64,000 nt of DNA from Phoronis australis (Eukaryota; Animalia; Phoronida). The position numbers were made by a program, and so were the translations under genes. Position 1 is the stretch's first letter. Each line of letters opens with the position of its first letter. Where the stretch lies: assembly GCA_002633005.1 (NCBI GenBank), contig NMRA01000071.1, positions 949,961 to 1,013,960 of the forward strand, read 5' to 3'. Shown here one piece after another: positions 11,825 to 24,400 of this stretch. The notes beneath the pieces are model-generated. The model worked only from the letters and a program-made list of their open reading frames with translations. It searched no databases and was not told where the DNA came from.

Positions 11825-14324
11825 TCCATTTTCCCTTTTTACATATATTCTCAGAGTTTTTTCTTTGATAATGCCTGAGCAATCAAGGAAATGTTTTTTT
11901 TATGAATTGTTGCGTCAAACATACGTCACGACTTTGCAAGAAAAATGGTCAAAAAAGCAGGGTAGGATTTTTTATGCCGGTAATAACGTAAAACAAAGTT
12001 TAAATTGCTGTTTTTCACTTTCATTTGTTGCACATTAGTTAACAGATTTTTGCTATTCAACGCTAGCAACCTTCAACTTCTAATGACGGATTTAGTGTAG
12101 TCCGCAACATCTACTTTAAAATGGTCGGGAACAATGTTGCCACCGACAGAAAGCAGTCATTACCGATTCCTAGGAACCAGCATGAAACAATGAATCCTAC
12201 CCGACACCCATCTCTGTCGCCTTGTCTTCGAACAGCTGTGTATAAAAATCTAGGCCTTAATGTGATGGGGGTCCTTATCCCATCCATACGAAGCATTGGC
12301 AGAGCACCATTAGGACGCAGCGGTGGATCTTTCTTCAACGGGCCACGACCCTGTGACTACGCCTAATGACTTGAATTCTGAGATATTAAATGCTACTTAT
12401 AACTACTAGACACATTAATATATGTATCAAATTGAATTGCCAAGTTCTGAATTCATATTTCTTCCACTGTATCGCCACTGAAGTAGAAGGAGGGGGGGAG
12501 GGGTGGGGTCTGGTGACTTGAGTCACAATCGGCATAAATAAAATTTTAGTTCATGTCGTGAACACATCCACTAAAACAAGAAACTGTAGGAACACCGCAT
12601 TTATCCACCTTCACTCTTATCAGGCTTCTATTGTGAGTCAGCATGCGTGAATAATTGGCTGATAAGCCACCTCTGGAACTACTTTTGGCTGAATGGATGA
12701 CCAGGCCATAAAATGATAATATTAGCCAAGACCAGTTACTAATGCAACAAAGAATAATGTCGTAGTATCACCTAGCCTTGGTGGAAAGCTGTATACTGTA
12801 TTGGCTCTAATAAACGCTTAGAAAAAATCATTTCACGGGGAGGGGATTCTTATTGTAGCCTACGGCAGTTGAAAGCCGGTTTCCCAAACGGGTAAAATCG
12901 GAAGCTAGGATTCATAAAATTTACGCTTTGTGACGAATTTTTAGCCTATGACAGTCTTTCTACAAAATTGTGGTGCATTGCTATGAACTTCCGTTGTTAA
13001 ATTACGATAATTTTTCAAAAAATTGTGCTCATCACAGGGCGAAAACTTGCCGACTGATGCGTCGCCGCTGAATCGCCATCGTCAATAGGAAAACTTGTAC
13101 TCTTGAATAAAAATATAGTTTCGACTCAACAAATTACCTGAAATCTTCCTGATGTTTTACAATTTTTAAAGTTCATGTGGAGTCCAGATTAATTGCGATT
13201 AAGTCCAAATGTGCGCTACATCGTACTCCACAACAAGAGAAAAATCTCTGGATGAACACACATGTTGTTGTCACGTGACGTTTGTTTTGAAGGTCGTCTG
13301 TGTATGAGAGTGAGTGAGCGTGCGTGTGCGGGTCATCGACGATAGACTTTTTTGTTACAAAAGGCGGAGGATTATGCAAGAAAATGGCGTTTACTAGATT
13401 GTTTTTCACTTAAACGGCTGTAACGTGCAAGGTGAGTGCTGGTTAACTCACAGATTTTGTGTGCACAGGCCGACTGTCGTTAGCTCTGCCGTGGAGTATT
13501 AATAGTCCAAGGCTCGATCTACATGTTGGGGACGAAATGAACTACCCGGGCTGTGTGAAATTTCTGGGTCTAACGGAGACACTGACGCAGTGGTCAGTCA
13601 GATCGCTGTATCAAGACTATAGTCAAAATCCAAATTCGTTTTATCGTGTCCCTGTCAATAATAACGGCATGTTAAAGCCTTCTTAATTTTCGTACTTCAG
13701 GAACATAACAATCACGTGTTTTGTACACATACGCGCACGCCGCAGATCACATCTCGGAAATTGCCGATTTGACGGATGACAATGAATGAACACAATGAAA
13801 TTAACAACGTCGTTTTACAGCTTGTAAGATTCATAATAAAAGTATTTTGAATATTGCAATGCATGTGTTCCAAAATCTAAATAACTTGGGTCCTATATTT
13901 TTGTATTAGTGCGCGCCGAATGAAAGTAATCGTGAGTGTTGCTGTGTTGCAAAATCTCTTATCCTGGGCCGATTTGAAAAATTCAAAGTTGTACTCATAT
14001 TTGTTTTCGCTCCTCTTTTCAAATATTACAGTAAAAACTACGTAAAACTCTCACCATAAAAAGTACAGTCTGCTAGCTAGATTGTAATCAGCTGATCATA
14101 TCCGCATGAGCGACATGCTATGAACATTCCCACTAAATAAAATTGGTTCTAACCCCGGTGGTTAAGGTAAACGGCGGGGTATGGAAAATTGAACTAGACC
14201 GTATTTATCCACCTTGGCTGAGTCGCGCTCGGCTCACGATCAAAGGGATGCCGCCAGGCTGCTCTAGTCATCGAGTCACGAGCGAGGATAATTGTATGTA
14301 GGGCACAGTTAGCTACTGTCAATC

Positions 14325-14530
14325 TTCTTATGGGGATGTATTGTACATGTGCAGGTAGAAAGTGCCAGTCTGTTATGGGGGATTTATTGTACATAGACCA
14401 CTGATAGCCACTTTCAGTCTGTTATGGGGGGATTTATTGCACATAAGCCACAGGTGATCACTGCCAGTCTGTTATGTAGGATTCATTGTACATATAAATA
14501 GGCCACATGTAGCCAGTGTTAGTCTGTTGG
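14325..14530. repeat. Degenerate ~50-bp tandem repeat
   Basis: cagtctgttatg...atttattgtacat recurs at about 14366, 14415, 14465 and 14520. Confidence 0.75.
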
Positions 14531-14679
14531 GTACACTCACTAGCAAAATAATTTTGCATTTCAGTTCCCTGGATGCTAGACTGCTCGATGGTTTAATTCC
14601 CGCTATTAAAATGGGGTTAATTCACCAATGAATTTTAATGCACACAGTGGCATACTTTATATCCTGTAATCCTTGATGG

Positions 14680-14990
14680 CAAGTCTTTACACACTGACAT
14701 ACTGAAGTCATTGATGACAGGTCTTTACACACTATGGCATACCGTAGTTTTCGATCGCAGGTCTTGACAAACTATGACATACTGATGTCATTGATGACAG
14801 GTCATTACACACTGACATACATGTACTGAAGTCATTGATGACAGGTCATTACACACTGACATACATGTACTGTAGTCATTGATGACAGGTCATTACACAC
14901 TGACATACTGAAGTCTTTGATGACAGGTCTTTACACACTATGACATACCGTAGTTTTCGATCGCAGGTATTTACAAACTATGACATACTT
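14680..14990. repeat. About 38-44-bp minisatellite, about 8 copies
   Basis: Unit tacacactgacatactgaagtcattgatgacaggtc. Two units carry a TA>TACATGTA expansion. Confidence 0.9.
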
Positions 14991-15278
14991 TCTTTAAGTC
15001 CAGTAGCTCTGTGAGAAGTTTTCAAATTCTTTCGGAAGTTTATAGAGTTGACGAGCGTTACATAGTTACATATCTTTAGTTTATGATGAGGAGCTGGATG
15101 AGAAAGATTTTGTGAATATTTGTTTACAGGACAAAACTTGGTACATTGCCCTAGTAATTTAGGTTACACTCCAATGCGTTTGATTTAGTATGTAAGTTAC
15201 TGAAAGGGGGAAAACCTGTGTAAATTCTTTAATCGTTATTTTTTCTGGTAAGTCAATTCTAATGCTTTCATTTTGCAG

Positions 15279-15468
15279 GCCCAAACTTAACTCACTGACC
15301 CGCATGACGTCTTCATCATAAAACAACACCGTTAGCTGAGCTATACACGTCGCGTGACCTTGTAACTAGGTATTGGCGTCATCAAAGTTTTATTTATGAT
15401 GAAACTAACTCTCCAGCGCGTCGTCTGGCGGATTCTGATCGAGGCAATTCTTTACCAACAGATGGCAG
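15279..15468 (+). CDS. Putative first coding exon of semaphorin paralog A (5' UTR + signal-peptide-like N-terminus)
   Basis: Acceptor ttttgcag ends at 15278 and ATG is at 15396. It encodes 24 codons + 1 nt with a hydrophobic core, and ends in CAG|gcaagt (GC donor). Phase 1 matches the phase-1 start of exon 18270 (G+GC = Gly). Confidence 0.6.
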
Positions 15469-18400
15469 GCAAGTTTAATCTATGATCAACCTATTAATTA
15501 TCTGAAAAAATCGTATTGAACGAAGCACACATAGTCATTCTTCGTGAGCCTATGACATATTTAGTGGTTTGTGGAAACATAATGCCATCCAAGATACTTT
15601 GAACAAATATGCAACTCATTATATTTCGTCGGTGATAGTCGCATTTTATAAGGATAAAATATATATTACTCTAGATCTATTGAACGCAACTTTAGAGTCA
15701 AAAGTAGCTGTGCATTTAGCGATTGATCTTAAAATTATAGGTTTTATTAAAAATGTAGTTTTTGGAAGTAGAAAGCCTGTAAATTAGATTTTTTACTTTT
15801 AGCAAAGCTGCTAGTAGTTGGGCAACGGGAGATTTTTAAAGTAAATGTTAGCTAAACAATTTGATTCATCGATAACAAACCAATATTATCAAGAACATGA
15901 TCAGCTTTCATTTGATATACATGTTCAGAACGAACTCTTTATAAAACGTTTTTACATGGAAATCATAATTAGCCTAGTACATTTTTCATTTCTTCTCATG
16001 TAAAAGAGGACACTTAAAACAGCTTCCAAGTACGTTTTGACGAATAATGCAGCAAGCACTGTACCTTAAATTTTCATTTGAATAGAATCCACCATGCCTG
16101 AAATGTGACACTCCGAATTCTTTAAAATGTCCACACACGTACCACTCGATAACGTTTTTATAAAAATTTAATATCGATGTGCCTATATCAACTAGAGTTT
16201 TGTAACCAGCAGCGGACAGAGAGATATCGCGACACTCTGTTGGGAAGGTGAGAACACAAAGCGATTGGTGTACAAGTGCACGTACTGCGTTGTTCCTTAA
16301 AACAAGTGGTGAATGTAAGAGAGTGTCAAAATCGTAGTCAGTTTTGTAGTAAAATATTGTGTCACGTCATTTATTGCAAATTTGTTTAAAAACCCATGTG
16401 ACGACAGTAATTCACTCCCAGCTTTTCAAATGCATTTTAACTTAAGTCCGAACGGATATCGAGGCGACCGAGTGCGTGGCATTGTGTTTTACATGTATTT
16501 GTTGAGGAGTGTGGTGGTTGAGGAATTTTGAAACAAGGGATAATTCGATTGGATGCCACAGGCTTTCAAAAATCCAAATTTAAGCGCAAGAGTGTTTTCT
16601 AAAACACTTTTGCTCATACGGATGTTGTGAGATACGAACTCAAGAGATAGAATGGCGTCTGGTATCAAAGTTGCTGCAAGTGACGCTGGTATTAATCTTG
16701 TAAGTACGCTAGCATAGTGCCTTGTACTGTAAAAACGGCAAAACGAGACGAACATAGTAATATCACTGACAATTTTGCGCGTCACGAATATTTTTGTGCT
16801 ATATTTGTTTAGTTCTAAGAAATGATGTTCGAAATCAAAAAAAAAAAAAATCGGTGCGAGCAGCACCGAGACCGCACCGAAGTTCCACGACGACCGCTTA
16901 CGGCGTCGGGTCGCCGGGGCCGGTCTTCGCTAACCCCGTCAGTCCTTGATAACAGAAGATAGTGTATCCAAACGACAACAACAAGTTAGGTAAAAAACCA
17001 ACAAGTGGTGGTGATATTTTTTATCACGCAGAAAGGGTTTAAATTGTGGCCTGCAATTAATCAAACAAGCAATCTCTTTCCAAAGGCAGACTTGAAAACT
17101 TCGTCTGACTTTGCTTCAGTTTACCTTCGAATTTCTCGAAATTCAGCAACTGTGAAGTCAAACAAATCTGCTGGTCGAAAGAGAAATATAACACATACGC
17201 GTTGAATCAGTCGATAGCTTTACGGCCATGTGATATTGCTTTCCGTACTCCCCTCCCGCACTACTTCAGTGCCCTCTGACGTAGAAAGTTCAAAAGGTAA
17301 GTCAATATCGACTTTGCGGGGTTAACCGCTTCGCTTAACAAACTTTCCCAAAATAGTTTAAAGTAATACAATTGTAGCAGTATTAACAACTCCCGACATG
17401 CAATCAGTTCCCAAACGAAACATCTGGAAAAATGTTAATTACATGACATTTTTTCCACTTTACGATTGCTAAATATTATATCATCGGCAACTCAGCCGCC
17501 TTTCCTCGGTACTCACAATATCAACTATTGTTGTATTTGAACTTTTTAAGGAGATGTACTGTAACAAGATCAATGCGCAATTATTGTTGTTTTCATCTTT
17601 GTTATCTCTTTTCAAGTAATATATCGTTATACTTGAAACTGTTTGTTTTACTACTTGCCACCAGTAACGCACAAGACCATACATATAGGATGTGATCGCG
17701 TCGTGAACAGCCTGGGTTTTGTATTTAAATATCTCCCGAAAAAATGAAAGACACTTGGCAGTTTGAAGTGTTTGGGATAATTTCAAAACTTACCTCGATC
17801 GGCGTAAATGTGGCGTATCGACCGAGACTCTCGGTACGTTTTGTTTAGGTATCCAAAAACGCTTCGCGTCATCGACTGACGTTTTATTAATGCGAAGCTA
17901 TAAATCTAAGCGATTAATTTTCTTGGTTTTGCGAAGTCAACTACGCAAGATACCGTCAACACCAGATGTCGCAAAGAAATATCTTAATCTGGAGTATTAT
18001 CTCCAAGTTTGCCTGCCGCATATTGTAAGGTGAACTTAACGTCCGTTATGGAATGGAGCTGAATAGATTGGACATATATGAACCTTGTGAGTTAGTGGCA
18101 TAAATAAGTTTCTCCTTTCAAAAGCGAAATTTTTAAATGACCTCGGCCATCGTATTTGGAAACTTTTAAGATTGGCAACTTCACATACATGTAGGATTTA
18201 ACAATGTAGTTTCTATTTTGAATGTAGCTGGTGTTTATTTTAAAAATTGAATTTCAAAATCTTTTGCAGGCTCAACCTTTAAGAGGGCGTTCACGTTTGA
18301 ACCAGATACTACAAATCTTAGCTACTTCCGAGATTTGCTCATAGATGGAGATACTGTTGTGGTGGGAGCAAGGTAAGCATTTGCAAAACTTGACTGTTGC

Positions 18401-21400
18401 TAATAGTTGTGCCAACGCGCGTTAAAAAGACCCCTGTGACGAAGGATCTGCTAATTATTCCAGCACATGACTTTTAGAACATTGTGTACGACTTCTATTT
18501 TTTCCTCTCGATTTGTAAAAGAAATTTTACTTCCTTGATTCTAGGAATGCCATTTACCAATTGCATGTAGAAAATTTGAGAAAAAAAGCGGTAAGTCGAC
18601 TTGCAGCGCCTTGCGTTCTTTTACACTTCATTAATGTAGAAATAATATGAACATGTGAATTCTGATGACATGCCCATCTGTGTGTGTGCACATCCTGTGA
18701 TTTTAGTCGTGATGATAACACGCATATTTGAGTGGACATCCTGTGAATATATGGATAACACGCAAATTTGTGTGGACATCCTGTGAATATATGCGTGATG
18801 ATAACACACACATTTGTGTGGACATCCTGTGAACATATGCTTATTGAAGACACGGTGGTTCTCTGTTCCTGTTTGTGTTATGTATAAAGTACCAACTGTA
18901 GATTATTAAGTCCCATTAGTTGATATTCTCCAAAAATATCCATTCAGAAACCTCTACAAAATTGTAAGGTTTGCTAAACGGTGATTTCAGAAGTAAAACT
19001 GTGTTCTCCTGTTGTTTTTTTACATGTACTCGTCATTGAGAAGTTATTCAAAGTGTAAAACAATGTTTGGGTAATTAGTAAAGTTTGCAAGGAATTTTCT
19101 AATGTTTTTTATGCAGCGAGGGTTGCCGTGGAATACAAAGTTTAATTACATTGAAATATATTATTTCAAAATCTTTAAAATCTATGTTTAAGTGTATATT
19201 TTAATTAGTTTATTGGAAATGTCTAAAAAGTAACCTGCACATCATATGAATAAGAAAACTAACTTAGAGTATCCGAAGTGTTTGGCAGTCCTGTGATTCA
19301 ACATGGCCCTATTAAGAGCAATCCGCTATTCAATTCTACTCGTATGCTGAATTGGGCACTAAATTATTCATTTCAATGATTTCTGTTTGCTCCTTTAAGA
19401 ATTTTACGTGGACACCAGATTACTATAAAACCGAAGTATGCAAACTGAAGGGTGGTTCAACGAGTTCTTGCCAAAACCACATTCGCGTGTTGCTGAAAAA
19501 CAACGAGAACAGATTGATTGCATGTGGTACGAATGCGATGGAGCCGGAGTGTCGCACCCTTGAACTGGCAAGTATTCCACACCTCCCTCATCGTTACTTG
19601 CTCCTTAAATGCAAGCGTAAGTAAAAATCATCGTATTCGGTGGTGTTGAAACTGCATGTCGCCATGTTTAACTGACGATGTGACAATATTCTCAGCTCTT
19701 AGCCAAAGAGCCAAAACCATAAGCTCATCTGCCCTGTACTAAGGGTAAATTGACATTGTTGCGTCATGCCGTTGAAATATTTGAATGGTACAAGAATTTC
19801 CGCGTAGTATTTTCGAGTTTATCGTTTGACAACTCAAATAAATCTGACGATTTTTTGACGCGTATCTCGACTTGCCGATAGTGTTCACGTGGTTGTTGTG
19901 TTACCGTGGTTACTCATATATATTTTCTTGATTCAGAGAAGTTTTTCACAAGTGGGAGTTGCAACACAGGGTCTCGGGCTGTGTCCCATGACACCGGATC
20001 AGAATAGCACCGCAGTGTACGCCGGAAATAGTGTTTACTCCGGAATTAGCTTAACTTCCATTGACTCCCTCATTTATAAGCAAAGTGCTGACCTCAGGAC
20101 AGAACATTACAACTGGCATGCTTTAAACAGTAAGTTTTGCAGATTTTATGCATACATGTAACCATATAGCGCATTTTTAGTCTGTTAACTACACCACCTT
20201 TGGCCACACCGCGGGACATCTATATATACAAGTTTGAAAAGATTTCTATTCTACCCCAACCTGGATTCGAACCCAGGAACTTGTACTAACCGTGTAGACG
20301 CTTAAGTCTACCGAGTCACGGTTGGGGTAGGAATCTTTTGTGACTCACAGTATATTCAGAAGGTCACGTAATATGTCCACAGGTGGTGTACTGATCATAC
20401 TTAAAAGGGGACTGTACTAAAAATAATGCAGCAGTTAACCGGCTCTTACGTACAAATAAATCTCACATTTGCCGAATTGCACGCTAAACAAAAGCTCATT
20501 CATGTTTATTTTCAAAAGTCTGAAATCCTAACAGCTATCACTGATTGGCTGATATGTCAGTGATGTGGCTGGTGGGGCACGACTGCTCATCTTACATTGC
20601 TGTGGAATATTGTGAAGAGTTCGCACCGTATTTTATTAGTGTATCAGCCATTTTATTTTTTACTGCTTGTTACAGTGTTGTGAAATGTTCGCCATCCTTT
20701 TTTGTATGGCTCCTGGTTGTTCGAACTCTTCAAAAAAGGCATGTTCTAAGGGTATGGTCATCGCATACCGTCAGTTGCCCTAAACTTGAATCAAAGCTGT
20801 ACTCTATATACTAAATGCACAGGTTTACGCCGATGTGGGTAAAAATGCACGAATAAAATCTGACTTTAAATTAGTGTCATTAACACTACACTCCTTCTTG
20901 AGTAAACTAACTTATTTGTAATTACCGGTGTTGAGAAAGATAGCGTTCTGTCGTTAATCGGCTGCAGCTAAAATTGTGATGCGTTCTCTTGAGTCGGTTT
21001 TTGGCGATTGCGTCACCTGACCTTGGCCAGTTTTTTACCCCGATTCTTTTTTCAATTGTTCTTTGCTGCCGGTACAAGGTTGCGTATGAGTCACAACAAA
21101 TTATCGGAAATTGACTATGACGACGACTGGGTATCAGTTCGTGTTGACTTGGCTCAAACCTGTATCCCTGGTGACCAAAATTTCGTATTCCAACAATTGC
21201 AGAACACCACTGACTACACGTTAAAATAGGACACTTGATTTACCCCCAGCAAATTCGTCACGAGAAGCATTGGTCAAAGGCGATGATTTTTATTTGCTTC
21301 GTTAGAGAATATAGTTTTCTTTTAACTGTTCAATTATTTGTGAAAATAACCAACAACTCTTAGAAAACTATGATTTTTTTTCAGAATAAAATACAGTTCC

Positions 21401-24400
21401 CTTATAATAATTATTTGGGATGTTTCCACGCATGCTGAGAATTACATATCGATACATGTATGGTATGAGGACTTAAATATGCCAAACATTTGCTGTGTCT
21501 CTCAGTGGTTTTTCCATATTTTCTTCTTTTGCTTGTGTAATTATTTTTTCTGTGTCCCACATCAGCTGTATTTATATTCGAGTACGATTTCAAGCACACT
21601 GCCAAACCAAACTTGAAATTTGGAGCATAGATTCGGAATTTTTACTCAAAATCATACTCGAAGTGTAGATGAAATACTATTCGCTTCGGGTATACTCGAA
21701 AAGTGAAAACGTGCACGAAATTACGAGTACAGATTTTTTGAGCATGCCACTGAATACACCAAAGCTGGGTCTGTTCTTCAATTGAGTATGAAGTGTGAGT
21801 TTGAGTATGATTCGATTCTGAGTACGGATATTTGAGACCGGGCTCAGGTTTCTCTTAAATCACCTCTATAAAATCGGCTGTACATGTAAGTGTTGTGATT
21901 TGACGTGGACGTGTCTGTTGACATTTTAGAAGTGCATCTAGTTACTAGTTAATATTACACTGCTGTCGTTTGTCTGGCAATTATAATTTGTGAAGTTACC
22001 ATTCCCTCGGTTCAGACAAAATGAATTTTATATCACCAGTGGGTACATAATTAGCCTCATTTTGTCCCCGAATGTGATCAAAATCTAGTAATTGTCTTGG
22101 AAACCAATGGCAGTTCGTGATAGCTTGAAATCACGTTAAAAATCGGTTGGCTGCAAAGAAGCTGGTTTTACGACTAGATAACAGAAATAGTGACATACTT
22201 ATACATGCCATCAAATGGAGATACTGACTGGTATAGTGGTTATATGTTTGGAATTTCTAGAGCCCGATTTCATTACTTCTTTTGAGGACGGCGATAAAGT
22301 TTACTTTGTGTTCAGGGAGCTTGCTGTAGAGTACCGCAACTGTGGCAAGGTAAGAGACAAATGAGCCACGTGGAGACTCTACCTCAACTGTGGCAAGGTA
22401 AGAGACAAGTGAGACACATAGATGCGTAGTGCTAGGTAGTGGCGTGACTGAAGCATACAGTAATATTTCAAAGTAAATTCTACAATCTCTGCCCTAAGTC
22501 TGCCAAATGTACTCAAACATTATGCCAGTTTGGCTGCATTTTGCTTTGACATTTTAGTCAAAGTCTCAATAAGCTACAGGCGAATTATCCTTTCAACCAA
22601 GCCATCGGAGAAACATTGAAAACACGAACAAAAATGACATTCAATGATTTTTCCGAAGAGGACTGTAGAGTGCCATATGTTGTTTACTTTCGTGCTCTTA
22701 ATGACGCAGTTAACACTCAACTTGCGAATTGTTTGTTTTAAAAGCTTGGAGAAATATTTATTATTTTCAGCGTATTTACTCTAGAATAAGTCGCTTGTGT
22801 AAGACGGATACAGGAGGAACGTTCTACAACGAGAAAACCTTCATGTCGTTCTTCAAGGCCAGACTGACGTGTTACGTGCAGGGGGATTTTCCATTTTATT
22901 TTGATGAAGTCCGTGAGTAGAATTGTGAGGATTGTGGATTTGTTCAAGCGTGTTGCTAAGTCTTCATATTACTTCGCATACCGTGTCATCTACGTTGTCA
23001 AGGTTTTTTAATTTATCCACTTAGAGAATATACATCTGTGTACAAGAGTGAATGCAATTATATGTGCCTCTGTGTATTTAATTTTTCTTTGATTAGTTAA
23101 ACTTTGCATTATCTCCTATTTTGTCAAAAACAATAGTCGTGAGCATTTGGTTTGCAACAACTGAGACGAGTTTATTTAATTAGTAAGACAGTCTCAGTAA
23201 TGGCCTTGAACTTGATGTTCGGTTATCTTCTAAATAGAAACTGAACCTCCATTTTAATTGATCACCACTGATAGGAAGACTTAATGTTACAAACTTTAAA
23301 ACGCCGAGGAAAGTCGCCGTTAGGAATAAGATGAGATGGATTCATAACGGACAGCTGTTCACACGAAACCATTTTTGTAACTCTTAAATATGAACATTCC
23401 TATTCTCTGACAATTCCCCTGATTTTCCAACTAACTGGCACGTGCATACGTTGTGACCCCTGCTAGAAAGAACTCCCTTCAAACCTTATACCATGTGCTG
23501 AGAGGAGGTAACAACTTGCACATCTATAATTTAAGTCCCTACAAGAAGGAAATTCCTTCAAATCATGTGCAATGTGCTGGGAGGAGGTCACACCCAGCAC
23601 CTCCCTAAGTTATGTCCCTGCTAGAAAGAACTCCCTTCAAACGATTAAGAATGTGCGGAGTGGAGGTCACACCCAGCACCTCCATAAGTTATGTCCCTGC
23701 TAGAAAGAACTCCCTTCAAACCATGTATCATGTGAGTAGAGGAAGTTACACCTTAGCACCTCCATTATCGATGTCCATTCTATATGGAACCCCGTTCAAA
23801 CCATGTACAGGGTGCTGGCAGGAGGTCAGATACGGACCCTGCTTAACGATGTCCCTGCTAGAAGGAACTTCCTTCAAAACATGCTCAATGTGCTGGCCAC
23901 TGTTTGAAATCACTTCNAACCATTTTTGTAACTCTTAAATATGAACATTCCTATTCTCTGACAATTCCCCTGATTTTCCAACTAACTGGCACGTGCATAC
24001 GTTGTGACCCCTGCTAGAAAGAACTCCCTTCAAACCTTATACCATGTGCTGAGAGGAGGTAACAACTTGCACATCTATAATTTAAGTCCCTACAAGAAGG
24101 AAATTCCTTCAAATCATGTGCAATGTGCTGGGAGGAGGTCACACCCAGCACCTCCCTAAGTTATGTCCCTGCTAGAAAGAACTCCCTTCAAACGATTAAG
24201 AATGTGCGGAGTGGAGGTCACACCCAGCACCTCCATAAGTTATGTCCCTGCTAGAAAGAACTCCCTTCAAACAATTCAGAGTGTGCGTAGAGGAGGTCAC
24301 ACCCAGCACCTCCATAAGTTATGTCCTGCTGGAAAGAACTCCCTTCAAACGATTCCGAATGAGAGGAGGTCACACACAGCTCCTTCATCAGGTACATGTA

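Noticed and set aside
10690-13437. Upstream non-coding exons of paralog A (strong donors at 10826 and 13432)
   Set aside because: Donor-like motifs alone are not sufficient without transcript data.
19568-19624. GT donor at 19618 as the true exon end
   Set aside because: It gives phase 1, which is incompatible with the phase-0 acceptor at 19937. Paralog B fixes the boundary at the GC site.
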